Source: Actinomycetota bacterium (lineage in GTDB: Bacteria > Actinomycetota > Acidimicrobiia > IMCC26256 > PALSA-610). From it: 34,664 nt of DNA. The notes under the pieces were generated by a model, which was given only the letters and a program-made list of their open reading frames with translations, did not search any database and had not been told where the DNA came from. This document shows, one piece after another, positions 19,230 to 28,731 of the stretch. The stretch spans positions 1 through 34,664 of the forward strand of contig JBKPCL010000007.1 of assembly GCA_046727335.1 (NCBI GenBank), read 5' to 3'. A program made the translations under genes and the position numbers. Every line of letters starts with the position of its first letter. The first letter of the stretch is position 1.

Positions 19230-19338
19230 GCGAGCGTCGCGAGGCGGGTATCCCGCCGAGCAGCGAGCGGGGCCCGAGCGGCCCGGCGCCCGCAGGGCGG
19301 CAGGAGCGGGGATAATGAGCGAGAAGCGCCGAGCATGA
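19226..19338 (+). repeat. MIRU-like intra-operon element: two coupled mini-ORFs (29 aa and 7 aa) with triple ATGAGCGA
   Basis: ATGAGCGA occurs at 19226, 19315 and 19335. Mini-ORFs 19226-19315 and 19315-19338 are joined by ATGA/TAATG/ATGA overlaps. Short GC hairpins lie inside. Confidence 0.6.
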
Positions 19339-20522
19339 GCGATACGGGCGTCGTCACGACCGTCGCCACGCCGCCTCCCGCGCCCGTTGGGCCCGAGGTT
19401 GCCGCCACCGGACGGTCGCCGCGCGCGCGCCTGGTCGGGATCATCGGAACGCTCGGCCTCTATCTCGTCTCCGTCGCGGTCGCGCTCGGCATCTCGGCGA
19501 TCATCGTCTCGCTGACCCATGGTTCCCCGTCGAAGGTGTTCAGCGCCCTGTACGACGGAAGCCTGCGAGGATGGGGGTCGTTCGGCTACACGCTCGACAA
19601 CGCGACACCACTGTTGATCGTCGCGATCGGAACGATCGTGTCGGTGCGAGCCGGGTTCTTCAACATCGGTCAAGAAGGGCAACTGACGATCGGCGCGATG
19701 TGCGGCGCGTTCGTCGCGTTGAAGGTGCATCCCGCCGGTGTTCCTGTGCTGATCCTCGCGCTCCTCGCAGCCGCGGCAGGCGGAGCAGTCTGGGCGGGTA
19801 TCTGCGCGTTGCTCAAGTTCTGGCGCGGCGTCGACATCGTCATCAGCTCGCTGCTGCTCATCTTCGTCGCCTTCCAACTGCTCTCGTACAGCCTGAGCAC
19901 ACCGCGTCTGCTGCAGGAACACGCGGCCGGCAACGCGACGCTCACCGAATCGGACCAGTTGTCGCCCGGCGTCCAGCTCCACCGATTCGGCGCGTATCCC
20001 CACTTCAACTTCGGGACAGGACTCCTCATCGCGCTCGGGCTCACCGTGGTGATCGGCGTCTTCATGACGCGCACGAAATGGGGCTTCCGAATTCGGATGC
20101 TCGGCCTGAATCCCACGGTCGCCAAACGCTCCGGAGTACGAGCTGCACTGCTCGGCAGCGTCGCAATCATGATCTCCGGCGCAACCGCGGGACTGGCCGG
20201 CGGCGTGCTGTTGACCGGCCAGGCATATCGCATCACCCCGACCATCTCGAACAACGTCGGCTGGACCGGGCTGCTCGTTGCGCTCGTTGCCCGCAACAAC
20301 GCGTACGCGGCAATCTTCGTCGCGTTCTTCTTCGGCGCGTTGCAGGCCGGTGGCGGGTTCCTGGCGACGAGCGGCGTCCCGACCGACCTCGTCAACATCG
20401 TCACTGCGTTGGTCGTGCTCGCCGTCGTGTTCCCGCCCGCGCTCGTCCAGTTCCGGAAATACCGGCGGGCGCGCGCAATGGCAGCCGCGTCCGTGTCCGA
20501 TGCGCAGGCGGTCGCGGCATGA
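19335..20522 (+). CDS. ABC transporter permease (nucleoside type), subunit 1
   Basis: ATPLLIVAIG, FNIGQEGQ, TKWGFRIR, GWTGLLVAL; multiple TM segments. Confidence 0.93.
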   Translation: MSDTGVVTTVATPPPAPVGPEVAATGRSPRARLVGIIGTLGLYLVSVAVALGISAIIVSLTHGSPSKVFSALYDGSLRGWGSFGYTLDNATPLLIVAIGTIVSVRAGFFNIGQEGQLTIGAMCGAFVALKVHPAGVPVLILALLAAAAGGAVWAGICALLKFWRGVDIVISSLLLIFVAFQLLSYSLSTPRLLQEHAAGNATLTESDQLSPGVQLHRFGAYPHFNFGTGLLIALGLTVVIGVFMTRTKWGFRIRMLGLNPTVAKRSGVRAALLGSVAIMISGATAGLAGGVLLTGQAYRITPTISNNVGWTGLLVALVARNNAYAAIFVAFFFGALQAGGGFLATSGVPTDLVNIVTALVVLAVVFPPALVQFRKYRRARAMAAASVSDAQAVAA

Positions 20523-21496
20523 GGGCGCGTGATTGGAGCGGCCCGGGCGTCGCCGTCCTCTGCGTCCTCGCGCTCGTCATCTTCTTGGGCGGCCACGATT
20601 TCCAGACGATCCTGTCGAGCGCCGTGCGGTTGAGTGTGCCGCTCTTGTTCGCGGCGATGGGCGAGTACGTCGCGGAACGCGCCGGCACGTTGAACATCTC
20701 GGTCGAGGCGATGATGCTTGCCGGTGCCTACTCCGCTGCGATCGGCTCGTCCGTCACGGGGAACGCCGGCCTCGGACTTCTGTGGGGCATGTTCGTCGGC
20801 TTCATCGTCGGTGTCATCCACGGGAACTTCAGCCATCGGCTGCAGGTGAACACGTTCGTCGTCGGTCTCACACTCAACGTACTGGCCCTCGGAATCACGA
20901 ACTATCTGCTGGCGAAGGTCGAGATGACGTCCAAGCAGGTTGGGATACTGACGATTCCGGTCGTCTCGCACATCCCACTCGTGGGCAAACCGCTGTTCTC
21001 CCAGCGATGGCCCGCCTTCTTGCTGTACGCAATCGTTCCCGCGGTGTGGTGGATCGTGCAGCGCAGCCGATGGGGACTCGAGATGCGCTCCGTCGGGGAA
21101 AACCCGAAGGCCGCGGATGTCACCGGCATTCACGTGAACAAGCGTCGACGCCAGGGTCTGATGTGGTGCGGCGTTCTCGCCGGGCTCGGCGGTGCGTACC
21201 TCGCGGTCGGCGAGGTCGGAACGTTCAACTCGAACATGACGGCCGGGCGGGGTTTCATCGTGATCGCGGCGGTCATCTTCGGTGGATGGACGCTGCGGGG
21301 AACCGTCGCGGGGTGCTTGCTGTTCGGTGGCGCGGATGCCCTCCGCCTCGCGCTCCCGGCGCTCGGATACAACATCAATCCGCAGTTGCTGATCGCGTCG
21401 CCATACCTGCTTGCGCTGCTCGCGATGTGCTTCTTCGCCAAGCGCTTGCGACAGCCCGCTGCGCTCGCCCAGCCGTTCGAGCGCGGCGCGACGTAG
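20519..21496 (+). CDS. ABC transporter permease (nucleoside type), subunit 2
   Basis: ATGA overlap with the previous gene; PLLFAAMGE, ERAGTLNI, RSVGENP, MTAGRGFI, PAALAQPF. Confidence 0.92.
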   Translation: MRARDWSGPGVAVLCVLALVIFLGGHDFQTILSSAVRLSVPLLFAAMGEYVAERAGTLNISVEAMMLAGAYSAAIGSSVTGNAGLGLLWGMFVGFIVGVIHGNFSHRLQVNTFVVGLTLNVLALGITNYLLAKVEMTSKQVGILTIPVVSHIPLVGKPLFSQRWPAFLLYAIVPAVWWIVQRSRWGLEMRSVGENPKAADVTGIHVNKRRRQGLMWCGVLAGLGGAYLAVGEVGTFNSNMTAGRGFIVIAAVIFGGWTLRGTVAGCLLFGGADALRLALPALGYNINPQLLIASPYLLALLAMCFFAKRLRQPAALAQPFERGAT

Positions 21497-21504
21497 GGTA
21501 CGCG

Positions 21505-22536
21505 ATGCGAGCCGCGCTCCATCGAGTGTTCGGTGGTACCGACGTTCTGGAGATCGCCGAGATTCCTGAGCCCGTCGTCGGGCCTCAGGACGTCCTGGTG
21601 CGTGTGCGCGCCACGGCGCTGAATCGCTTGGATGTCCTCCAGCGCGAGGGTCCCGCGCTGCTCCCGGGTTTCTCGCTGCCGCACGTCGCCGGGATGGATG
21701 TGGCCGGGGACATTGCTGAGCTGGGGAGTGCGGTCACGGGGTGGCGGGTGGGCGATCGCGTGGTCGTGAACCCTGCGGTGCAGTGCGGCGAGTGCGCATG
21801 GTGTCGTGCGGGCGACGACGGCTTCTGTCCCGAGACGCGCGTGGTCGGCGGTAACGCGCCGGGCGGCTACGCCGAACTGGTCGCAGTGCGCGCGACCCAT
21901 GTGTACCGGATACCGGAGGCGGTCTCGTACGAGGAGGCTGCGACCATCCCGACGATCTGGTCGACTGCGTGGCACGGCCTGGTCGCGACTGGTCATCTCC
22001 GCATCGGTGAGTGGGTGATGATCCACGCCGCTGGGAGCGGTGTGAGCACTGCTGCGATTCAGCTCGCGAAGCGAATCGGGGCGCACGTGATCGCGACCGC
22101 GGGCTCGGAACGCAAGCTCGAGTTCGCGCGGAAGCTGGGCGCTGACGTCGTCGTCAACAACCGCGACGGTGACCTCATCACGACGGCCAAGACGGCGACC
22201 AACGGCCGCGGGGTCGACGTGGTGTTCGACCACGTCGGTCCCGCGCTGTTCCAGCAATCGATCTTGGCGCTGCGACCGCGAGGTCGACTGGTGTTCTGTG
22301 GATCGACCACCGGTGTCGACGCAACCTTCAACCTTCCGTTCGCGTATCACTTCGGCATCCGCTTGCTCGGCGCGGACCCGTATTCGTACGCCGAATTCGC
22401 GGAGATGCTCGACTACTACTGGACCACCGATTTCGAAGCCGTCATCGATTCGGAGTACCCGTTGGAACGGGTCGCCGACGCCCAGCGCAAGATGGAGGAC
22501 GGCGACGTGATCGGCAAGATCATCCTCCGGCCGTGA
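21505..22536 (+). CDS. MDR-family NADPH-dependent oxidoreductase (quinone/enoyl reductase-like, structural Zn only)
   Basis: ALNRLD and GMD replace the catalytic Zn ligands; CGECAWCRAGDDGFC structural site is retained; AAGSGVS; GKIIL. Confidence 0.88.
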   Translation: MRAALHRVFGGTDVLEIAEIPEPVVGPQDVLVRVRATALNRLDVLQREGPALLPGFSLPHVAGMDVAGDIAELGSAVTGWRVGDRVVVNPAVQCGECAWCRAGDDGFCPETRVVGGNAPGGYAELVAVRATHVYRIPEAVSYEEAATIPTIWSTAWHGLVATGHLRIGEWVMIHAAGSGVSTAAIQLAKRIGAHVIATAGSERKLEFARKLGADVVVNNRDGDLITTAKTATNGRGVDVVFDHVGPALFQQSILALRPRGRLVFCGSTTGVDATFNLPFAYHFGIRLLGADPYSYAEFAEMLDYYWTTDFEAVIDSEYPLERVADAQRKMEDGDVIGKIILRP

Positions 22537-23543
22537 CCGACGTCGCCGAACGCGCGGCCGACCCGAGCGCCATCTGGCGCATCATCAACGGGTTCAGCGC
22601 GTACTTCTCCACGGTCGCCGCTGTCCGGCTCGGGGTCTTCGACGCGCTCCTTGCCGGTCCGCTCGATCGTGGTCGACTCGCCGCCGCATGCGAAGCGGAC
22701 TCTGCTCGGCTCGGCGCGCTCTGCGACGCGCTCGTCGGTCTGGGCTTACTCGCCCGCGTCGACGACGAGTACGCGCTCACGTCGGAGTCCGAAGCCTTTT
22801 TGACGACGACCGCGTCGCGCTCGATGCGCGACCTGGTGCTCCGTTCGCCCGGACCCTGGGAGAACTGGCTGGTGCTCCACGACACCATCAGGGGCGCGAC
22901 TCCACCGCACGCTGTCGACGCAACGTTCTCTGCGACGCTCGTCCGGGCAACGTTTCCCACCCAGTTCGCGGCAGCAGGTCGAGTGGCGACCGCGATCGGA
23001 CCGGTCACGAACATGCTCGACGTGGGCGCCGGCGCGGCGCCGTGGACGATCGCGTTCCTGCTCGCCAATCGGGAGGCTCGTGCGACAGTGAACGACCTTG
23101 CGCAAGTGCTCGACATCGCACGCGAGAACGCTGAGTCGCACGGCGTCGCCGAACGATGCTCCTTCGTGCCGGGCGACTACTTCGGCCTCGAGCTGCCGAG
23201 GTCCGCGTTCGATGCGGCGGTGTTCGGGCACGTGCTGAGGACCGAGGGGATCGGGGGCGCGAAACGGCTCCTCGATCGCGTCGTCCCGAGCGTTCGCGAT
23301 GGAGGCGTCGTCATCGTCGCGGACTACTTCGTTGCCGACGACCGGCGCGGGCCGCTCAATCCATTGTTGTTGGGCGTCACGATGACGGCATCGACGCCGG
23401 CTGGAACCACGTTCACGTATGCCGAATGCCGGCAACTCCTCACAGAGGTCGGTGTGCGCGACATCGAAGTCTTGCAACCCGTGCCCTTCCAAGAAGTGAT
23501 GATCGGCCGCACACATGAAGCGGAACCTTTGGGGGAACCATGA
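22533..23543 (+). CDS. Class I SAM-dependent methyltransferase with N-terminal dimerisation domain (Methyltransf_2-like)
   Basis: AAVRLGVFD dimerisation helix, LDVGAGAAPW motif I, GDYF, GGVVIVAD. Confidence 0.85.
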   Translation: MTDVAERAADPSAIWRIINGFSAYFSTVAAVRLGVFDALLAGPLDRGRLAAACEADSARLGALCDALVGLGLLARVDDEYALTSESEAFLTTTASRSMRDLVLRSPGPWENWLVLHDTIRGATPPHAVDATFSATLVRATFPTQFAAAGRVATAIGPVTNMLDVGAGAAPWTIAFLLANREARATVNDLAQVLDIARENAESHGVAERCSFVPGDYFGLELPRSAFDAAVFGHVLRTEGIGGAKRLLDRVVPSVRDGGVVIVADYFVADDRRGPLNPLLLGVTMTASTPAGTTFTYAECRQLLTEVGVRDIEVLQPVPFQEVMIGRTHEAEPLGEP

Positions 23544-24001
23544 CCACGACATCAGCGCCGCCTGAATCGCTCTTCACGCACGTCGCGCTGCCCGTCCGCG
23601 ATCTCGACGCGACGCTCGACTTCTACCGCAAGTACACGACGCTCGAGCTGATCCACGAGCGCACCGACCCCGAGACCGGATTGCGGAGCGTCTGGCTCGC
23701 GAACGCGCGTGACAAGACGGATGCCGCCGCTCGATTCGTTCTGGTGCTGATCTGCGGTCATCTTCCGTCGCAGATCACGGGCGACATCAAAGAGGAGTAC
23801 GGCTTCCTCACGTCGATCAGCCACCTCGGGATCTCGCTCGACTCTCGTGATGACGTCGACCGGATCGCCGCGATGGCGAAGGAGGACGGCATCCTCGTCC
23901 TCGGCCCGCGCTACATGAATCCGGTCGTGGGCTACATCTGCATCGTCCACGATCCCGATGGCAACCAGCTCGAGTTCTCCGTCGAGCAGGTGCTCGGCTG
24001 A
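23540..24001 (+). CDS. VOC family protein
   Basis: FTHVALPVRDL, SHLGISL, GYICIVHDPDGNQLEFS. Confidence 0.88.
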   Translation: MTTTSAPPESLFTHVALPVRDLDATLDFYRKYTTLELIHERTDPETGLRSVWLANARDKTDAAARFVLVLICGHLPSQITGDIKEEYGFLTSISHLGISLDSRDDVDRIAAMAKEDGILVLGPRYMNPVVGYICIVHDPDGNQLEFSVEQVLG

Positions 24002-25398
24002 TGGCGCTCGAACTGGTCGACCTTCTCGTCGAGGGCTCACACGTCGTCACGATGAACGAACGGCGTGAGGTGCTGCTCGATGGTGCGGTTGCAGTGCGCG
24101 GCAGCGAGATCGTCGCGATCGGACCGCGCGCCGACGTCGCTGCTCGAGTCGATCCGCGCGAGCGGGCCGGTGGCGCAGGGTTCGTCGTCACGCCCGGCAT
24201 GGTGAACGCGCACATCCATGTGACGGGAGAGCCACTGACCCGGGGATTCGTTCCCGACGACACGCCGTTCGAAGAGAACGTCTTCGAGTGGCTCGTGCCG
24301 CTCTACTCGGTGTACACCGAAGAGGAGGAGCGCCTCTCCGCAGAGCTCGCTGCCGCGGAACTGTTGAAGTCGGGATGCACGTCGTTCCTCGAGGCGGGGA
24401 CGGTGCGCTTCGTCGACGCCGTCGTCGACGGCCTCGTCGAGATCGGGATCCGCGCTCGGGTCGGCAAGTGGGTCTGGGACCTCCCGCCCGAGCCGGCGGT
24501 GTACCGGCAGTCGACCGCCGACGCGATCGAGAACCTCGAGCGCACCTTGCGCGACCACCGGTCCGTCGCCGATGGCCGCATCCAAGCGTGGTCGATGATC
24601 GTGGGGCACACGACGTGCAGTGACGAGCTCTGGCGCGCGGCCAAGGAAGCGGCTGATCGATGGGAGACCGGTCTCAACTTCCACATGTCGCCGGCCGCGA
24701 TCGATCCCGAGGCGTTCCTCGCCCAGTTCGGCCAGCGACCGGTCGAACACCTCGCGGAGATCGGAGTGCTCGGCCCGAACGTCGTGCTGGTGCACTGCGT
24801 CCACGTCGACGACAACGAGATCAAGCTGCTCGCACACCACGAGTGCAGCGTGGCGCACTGCCCGACTACGGCGCTGAAGGTGAGCTACGGAGTCACTCAG
24901 CTCGGCAAGATGCCGGAGATGCGCGCGGCCGGCGTCAATGTCGCGATCGGAACCGACGGCAACAACGCATCGAACTACTCCGACATGATGCGCGCGACCT
25001 ATCTCGTCGCAGGTCTCTTCAAGGACGCACGGCGCGACCCGACGATGTTTCCGGCCGAGGTCGCGTACGAGATGGCGACGCTCGGTGGTGCCCGGGCAAT
25101 ACTCGCCGAGCGGGAGATCGGCTCGCTCGAAGTCGGCAAGAAGGCAGACCTCGTGCTGCACGACCGCGGGCGCCCCGAGTGGACGCCCCTCCTCAATGTC
25201 GCCAACCAGCTCGTGTGGTCCGCCGATGGTCGGGGCGTTCATAGCGTCTTCGTCGACGGCCGCAAGGTCGTCGACCGCTACCGACTGGTCACCGTGGACG
25301 AGGATGCGCTCTACCGGCGCGCGCAGTCAGCTGGTGAAGCCATCGTCGCTCGCACCGGCCTGCCCGATCGCGCGAAGTGGCCGACGGTGACATCGTGA
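24001..25398 (+). CDS. Metal-dependent amidohydrolase, paralog 2
   Basis: PGMVNAHIH, HCVH, AIGTDG, GSLEVGKKADL; clearly homologous to 966-2375. Confidence 0.92.
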   Translation: MALELVDLLVEGSHVVTMNERREVLLDGAVAVRGSEIVAIGPRADVAARVDPRERAGGAGFVVTPGMVNAHIHVTGEPLTRGFVPDDTPFEENVFEWLVPLYSVYTEEEERLSAELAAAELLKSGCTSFLEAGTVRFVDAVVDGLVEIGIRARVGKWVWDLPPEPAVYRQSTADAIENLERTLRDHRSVADGRIQAWSMIVGHTTCSDELWRAAKEAADRWETGLNFHMSPAAIDPEAFLAQFGQRPVEHLAEIGVLGPNVVLVHCVHVDDNEIKLLAHHECSVAHCPTTALKVSYGVTQLGKMPEMRAAGVNVAIGTDGNNASNYSDMMRATYLVAGLFKDARRDPTMFPAEVAYEMATLGGARAILAEREIGSLEVGKKADLVLHDRGRPEWTPLLNVANQLVWSADGRGVHSVFVDGRKVVDRYRLVTVDEDALYRRAQSAGEAIVARTGLPDRAKWPTVTS

Positions 25399-26054
25399 TC
25401 GTCTTCGATCCCGCGGAACACGAGCCGGCACGCTCGCAGGGAGTGTTGTCGCAACTCGTCGCGCCACGGCCGATCGCGATGATCTCCACGGCCGACGCCG
25501 ACGGAGTGACGAACGTCGCGCCGTTCAGCTACTACATGCCGATCACTGGTCGGCCGATGCTCGTCGCGGTGAGCATGGGCTTGCGCGAATCCGACGGACA
25601 GCCCAAGCACACGTTCGAGAACGCGACACGGTGCGGAGACTTCGTGATCAACGTCACCGCTTCTTCGTTCCGCGATCACATCGAGACCGCCGCGATTGAA
25701 TTTCCCCGCGGCACGAGCGAGCTCGACGCGGTCGGATGGACGACGGTCCCGTCGGTCAAGGTCTCGTCGCCCTCGATTGCGGAATCGCCGGCGCACCTGG
25801 AATGCCGCATCCATCGCGTGATTCCGCTCGGCGGCGACGACGTGCCCTTCTCAGAGGTGAACCTGGTCGTCGGCGAGGTGGTCTGCGTCGTGCTCGACGA
25901 GTCGATCAGCACACCCGACTACCGCATCGATATCCGCGACCTCGGCCTCATCGGGCGCTTGGGCTTCCCGTGGTTCACGGCGACGGGCGAATCGATGTTC
26001 GAACTCCCACGTCAGACGTACACGGAGTACCAGCAACAGGGGAGCGCGGGATGA
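25395..26054 (+). CDS. Flavin reductase-like FMN-binding split-barrel protein
   Basis: VAPRPIAMIST, NVAPFSYY, KHTFEN, FVINV, ESPAHLEC, GRLG. GTGA overlap with the previous stop. Confidence 0.87.
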   Translation: MIVFDPAEHEPARSQGVLSQLVAPRPIAMISTADADGVTNVAPFSYYMPITGRPMLVAVSMGLRESDGQPKHTFENATRCGDFVINVTASSFRDHIETAAIEFPRGTSELDAVGWTTVPSVKVSSPSIAESPAHLECRIHRVIPLGGDDVPFSEVNLVVGEVVCVVLDESISTPDYRIDIRDLGLIGRLGFPWFTATGESMFELPRQTYTEYQQQGSAG

Positions 26055-26518
26055 CAGCGCGTGAGGCGAGCGATAAATGGTGGGCGCACATCAACCACCA
26101 GTTCAGCTCTCATGTTCGGGAAGAGTCGGCGTTCCTCGAGCAATACGAGGAACTCGCGGGCGAGGTCGGCGACGCGGGAGTCGAGTTCCTGCTCCAGCTC
26201 ATTCTCGACGACGAGCGACGCCACCACGCACTTTTCGAGGACATGATGGAAGCGGCGAGAGACGGCAGCAGCGCTGTGCCCGCCGCGCCGGCTCCGGCCA
26301 CCGCGAGTGCGCGCCGGCTGCTGGAACCCACGGAACGATTCCTGCAGGCGGAGCGGGAGGACCAGGCGCAACTCCGGCGCTTGCGCAAGGAGCTCAAGCC
26401 TGCTCGCGACGACACGCTCTGGCCGCTCCTTGTTGAGCTCATGCAGATCGACACGGAGAAGCACATTCGGATTCTCGAGTACTTGCATCGCCGATTGCAG
26501 AACGCCGTGAAGGGCTGA
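26051..26518 (+). CDS. Ferritin-like four-helix protein
   Basis: ATG 26051 overlaps the previous stop; REE...DDERRH...AERED...DTEKH carboxylate/His pattern. Confidence 0.65.
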   Translation: MTAREASDKWWAHINHQFSSHVREESAFLEQYEELAGEVGDAGVEFLLQLILDDERRHHALFEDMMEAARDGSSAVPAAPAPATASARRLLEPTERFLQAEREDQAQLRRLRKELKPARDDTLWPLLVELMQIDTEKHIRILEYLHRRLQNAVKG

Positions 26519-26521
26519 ACT

Positions 26522-27550
26522 ATGCAGTATCGCGTCCTCGGTCGCACCGGTATCTCGGTCAGCACGTACTGCCTCGGGACGATGATGTTCGGCGCCTGGG
26601 GAAATCCCGACGTCGACGAGTGCGTCGCGATGGTGGGTGCCGCGCTCGGCGCCGGCATCAACTTCCTCGACACCGCCGACGTGTACGACCACGGCGTCTC
26701 GGAAGAGATTCTCGGGCGGGCGCTGCGCGGTCGCCGCGACGAAGTTGTGCTCGCGACCAAGTTCAACAACCCGATGGGCGAGGATCCGAACATGGGGGGA
26801 AACTCGCGGCGCTGGATCGTGCGCGCCGCCGAGGATTCCCTGCGCCGGCTCGGCACCGACTGGATCGACCTCTACCAGGTGCACCGCCCCGATCCCGCGA
26901 CCGACATCGACGAGACGCTCGGTGCGCTCAGCGACCTCGTGCATTCCGGGAAGGTGCGCGCGATCGGTACGTCGACGTTTCCCGCCGAGCTCATCGTCGA
27001 AGCTCAGTGGGTCTCCGAGCGCCGCGCCCGCGAGCGATTCGCGACCGAACAGCCGCCGTATTCGATCCTGGCTCGCGGCGTCGAAGCGGCTGTGTTGCCG
27101 GCTTGTCTCAGGCACGGCGTCAGCGTGCTGGCCTGGGCGCCCCTCAACGGCGGATGGCTCACCGGGAAATACGGCCGGTCGGTCGCTCCCGAGGGATCGC
27201 GCGCGGCGCGGGAGCCGGACCACTTCGACTTCGGCGGACCCGTGCACGACCGGAAGCTCGCTGCCGTCGAGCAGCTGACGAAGGTCGCCGACGCCGCCGG
27301 TCTTCGTCTCATCGACATGGCCCATGCGTTCGTGTTGGCCCATCCCGCGGTGACCGCGGCCATCATCGGGCCGAGAACGCTCGAGCAACTGCGCGATGTT
27401 CTTGTCGATGCCGATACCGCGCTGCCGGACGACGTGCTCGACGAGATCGACGCGATCGTTCCCCCCGGCGCGCAACTCAACCCGGCGGACGCCGGTTGGA
27501 CGTCACCCGCGCTCGCCGATCCCCAAGCACGCCGAAGGAGGTCGAACTGA
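26522..27550 (+). CDS. Aldo/keto reductase
   Basis: LGTMMFG, DTADVY, ATKF, DLYQVH, GKVRAIGTS, QPPYS, IIGPRT. Confidence 0.95.
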   Translation: MQYRVLGRTGISVSTYCLGTMMFGAWGNPDVDECVAMVGAALGAGINFLDTADVYDHGVSEEILGRALRGRRDEVVLATKFNNPMGEDPNMGGNSRRWIVRAAEDSLRRLGTDWIDLYQVHRPDPATDIDETLGALSDLVHSGKVRAIGTSTFPAELIVEAQWVSERRARERFATEQPPYSILARGVEAAVLPACLRHGVSVLAWAPLNGGWLTGKYGRSVAPEGSRAAREPDHFDFGGPVHDRKLAAVEQLTKVADAAGLRLIDMAHAFVLAHPAVTAAIIGPRTLEQLRDVLVDADTALPDDVLDEIDAIVPPGAQLNPADAGWTSPALADPQARRRRSN

Positions 27551-28716
27551 TGGCCGTCATCGATCAGGACCTCGCTCATCGTGTCGAACGGCGGCGCGCC
27601 GCGCGCGACCAGTTCCGAACGCCGGCGCGAGGGCCGCTCGCCACCGACCTGCTCCAACCCGATGAGGTGTACGACCAGGATCTCTTCGACCTCGAGATGC
27701 TGCGCGTCTTCGCACGCTCGTGGATCTGGCTCGGCGACACGGAAGACCTCTGCCGGCCTGGCGACTACATCACCGGCCAGATCGGCTTCCAGCCCGTCTT
27801 CGTCGTGCGGCAGGCCGACGGCGGCTTGCAAGGATTCCTGAACTCCTGCCGGCATCGGGCCTCGCCCGTCGCGTACGGCGACGCCGGTCACTGCGCGAAG
27901 TCGTTCACGTGTCCCTACCATTCCTGGACGTACGCCCACGACGGCACACTCCTCAGCGTCCCCGACCGTCGTCGCATGTACGGTCGTGACTTCAGGCTCG
28001 AGGACTACGGCCTCGTCGAGATCCGCGTCGGTGTGCTCTTCGACAAGCTGGTCTTCGGATGCTTGTCACGCCGCCAGGTGTCACTTGAAGAGTGGTGGGC
28101 GCCCTTGCTGCCGCGCTACGAGCGATACGGCTTCGACACGTTCACGCGCTTCGATCGGGATCTCGACGGTGTGTACCCGATCAATTGGAAAGCGTTCATG
28201 GAGAACTCGAACGACGACTATCACGTCCGCTTCGTCCACGCCCGCTTGAACTTCATGATCAAGCGGGTCGAGACGACCTTCGAGGTCGAAGGACGGTGTT
28301 GCAGCGGCTACAAGCCATCGGCGGAAGGCTTCGACGGCACGGGGGGCCGGACGGACCTTCCCGAGAAGGACCTCGAAGGCTTCTATGCCGACGCCGTGTA
28401 TCCGAACCTGAGCCCGCTGCCCAGCCCGACCGAGCTGTGGATGGTTCGTGCCGACCCGATCGCACCCGATCGGACCAGGTTGTTCTCACGCGTCTACGGC
28501 CTGAACAAGAGCCTCGAGGAGCAGGAGTTCACGCTCGAGAACCTCGAGATGACCAACATCGAAGACACGGAGATGGTCGCCAAGACGATGCGGAACCTGC
28601 GCTCGCCGCTGTACGCCGTCGGGCCGGCCTCGAAATGGGAGACGCGCGCGGTGCACATCGATCGTCTCGTCCGCGCCGACGTGGAGACGCCGCTCGCCGA
28701 CGACGAGTTCATCTGA
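27550..28716 (+). CDS. Rieske non-heme iron oxygenase alpha subunit 2
   Basis: TGATG overlap at 27550; NSCRHR...CPYHSW; NWKAFMENSNDDYHVRFVH; distal ED. Confidence 0.92.
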   Translation: MAVIDQDLAHRVERRRAARDQFRTPARGPLATDLLQPDEVYDQDLFDLEMLRVFARSWIWLGDTEDLCRPGDYITGQIGFQPVFVVRQADGGLQGFLNSCRHRASPVAYGDAGHCAKSFTCPYHSWTYAHDGTLLSVPDRRRMYGRDFRLEDYGLVEIRVGVLFDKLVFGCLSRRQVSLEEWWAPLLPRYERYGFDTFTRFDRDLDGVYPINWKAFMENSNDDYHVRFVHARLNFMIKRVETTFEVEGRCCSGYKPSAEGFDGTGGRTDLPEKDLEGFYADAVYPNLSPLPSPTELWMVRADPIAPDRTRLFSRVYGLNKSLEEQEFTLENLEMTNIEDTEMVAKTMRNLRSPLYAVGPASKWETRAVHIDRLVRADVETPLADDEFI

Positions 28717-28731
28717 CCCGCGCCGGGCTGC

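Noticed and set aside
19571-22536. Apparent 641 aa and 667 aa fusion proteins
   Set aside because: Open-frame run-ons typical of high-GC DNA; real starts are at 20519 and 21505.
26620-27549. Apparent long N-terminal domain on Rieske subunit 2
   Set aside because: Out-of-frame overlap with the AKR gene; the TGATG coupling and the paralog's length support a start at 27550.
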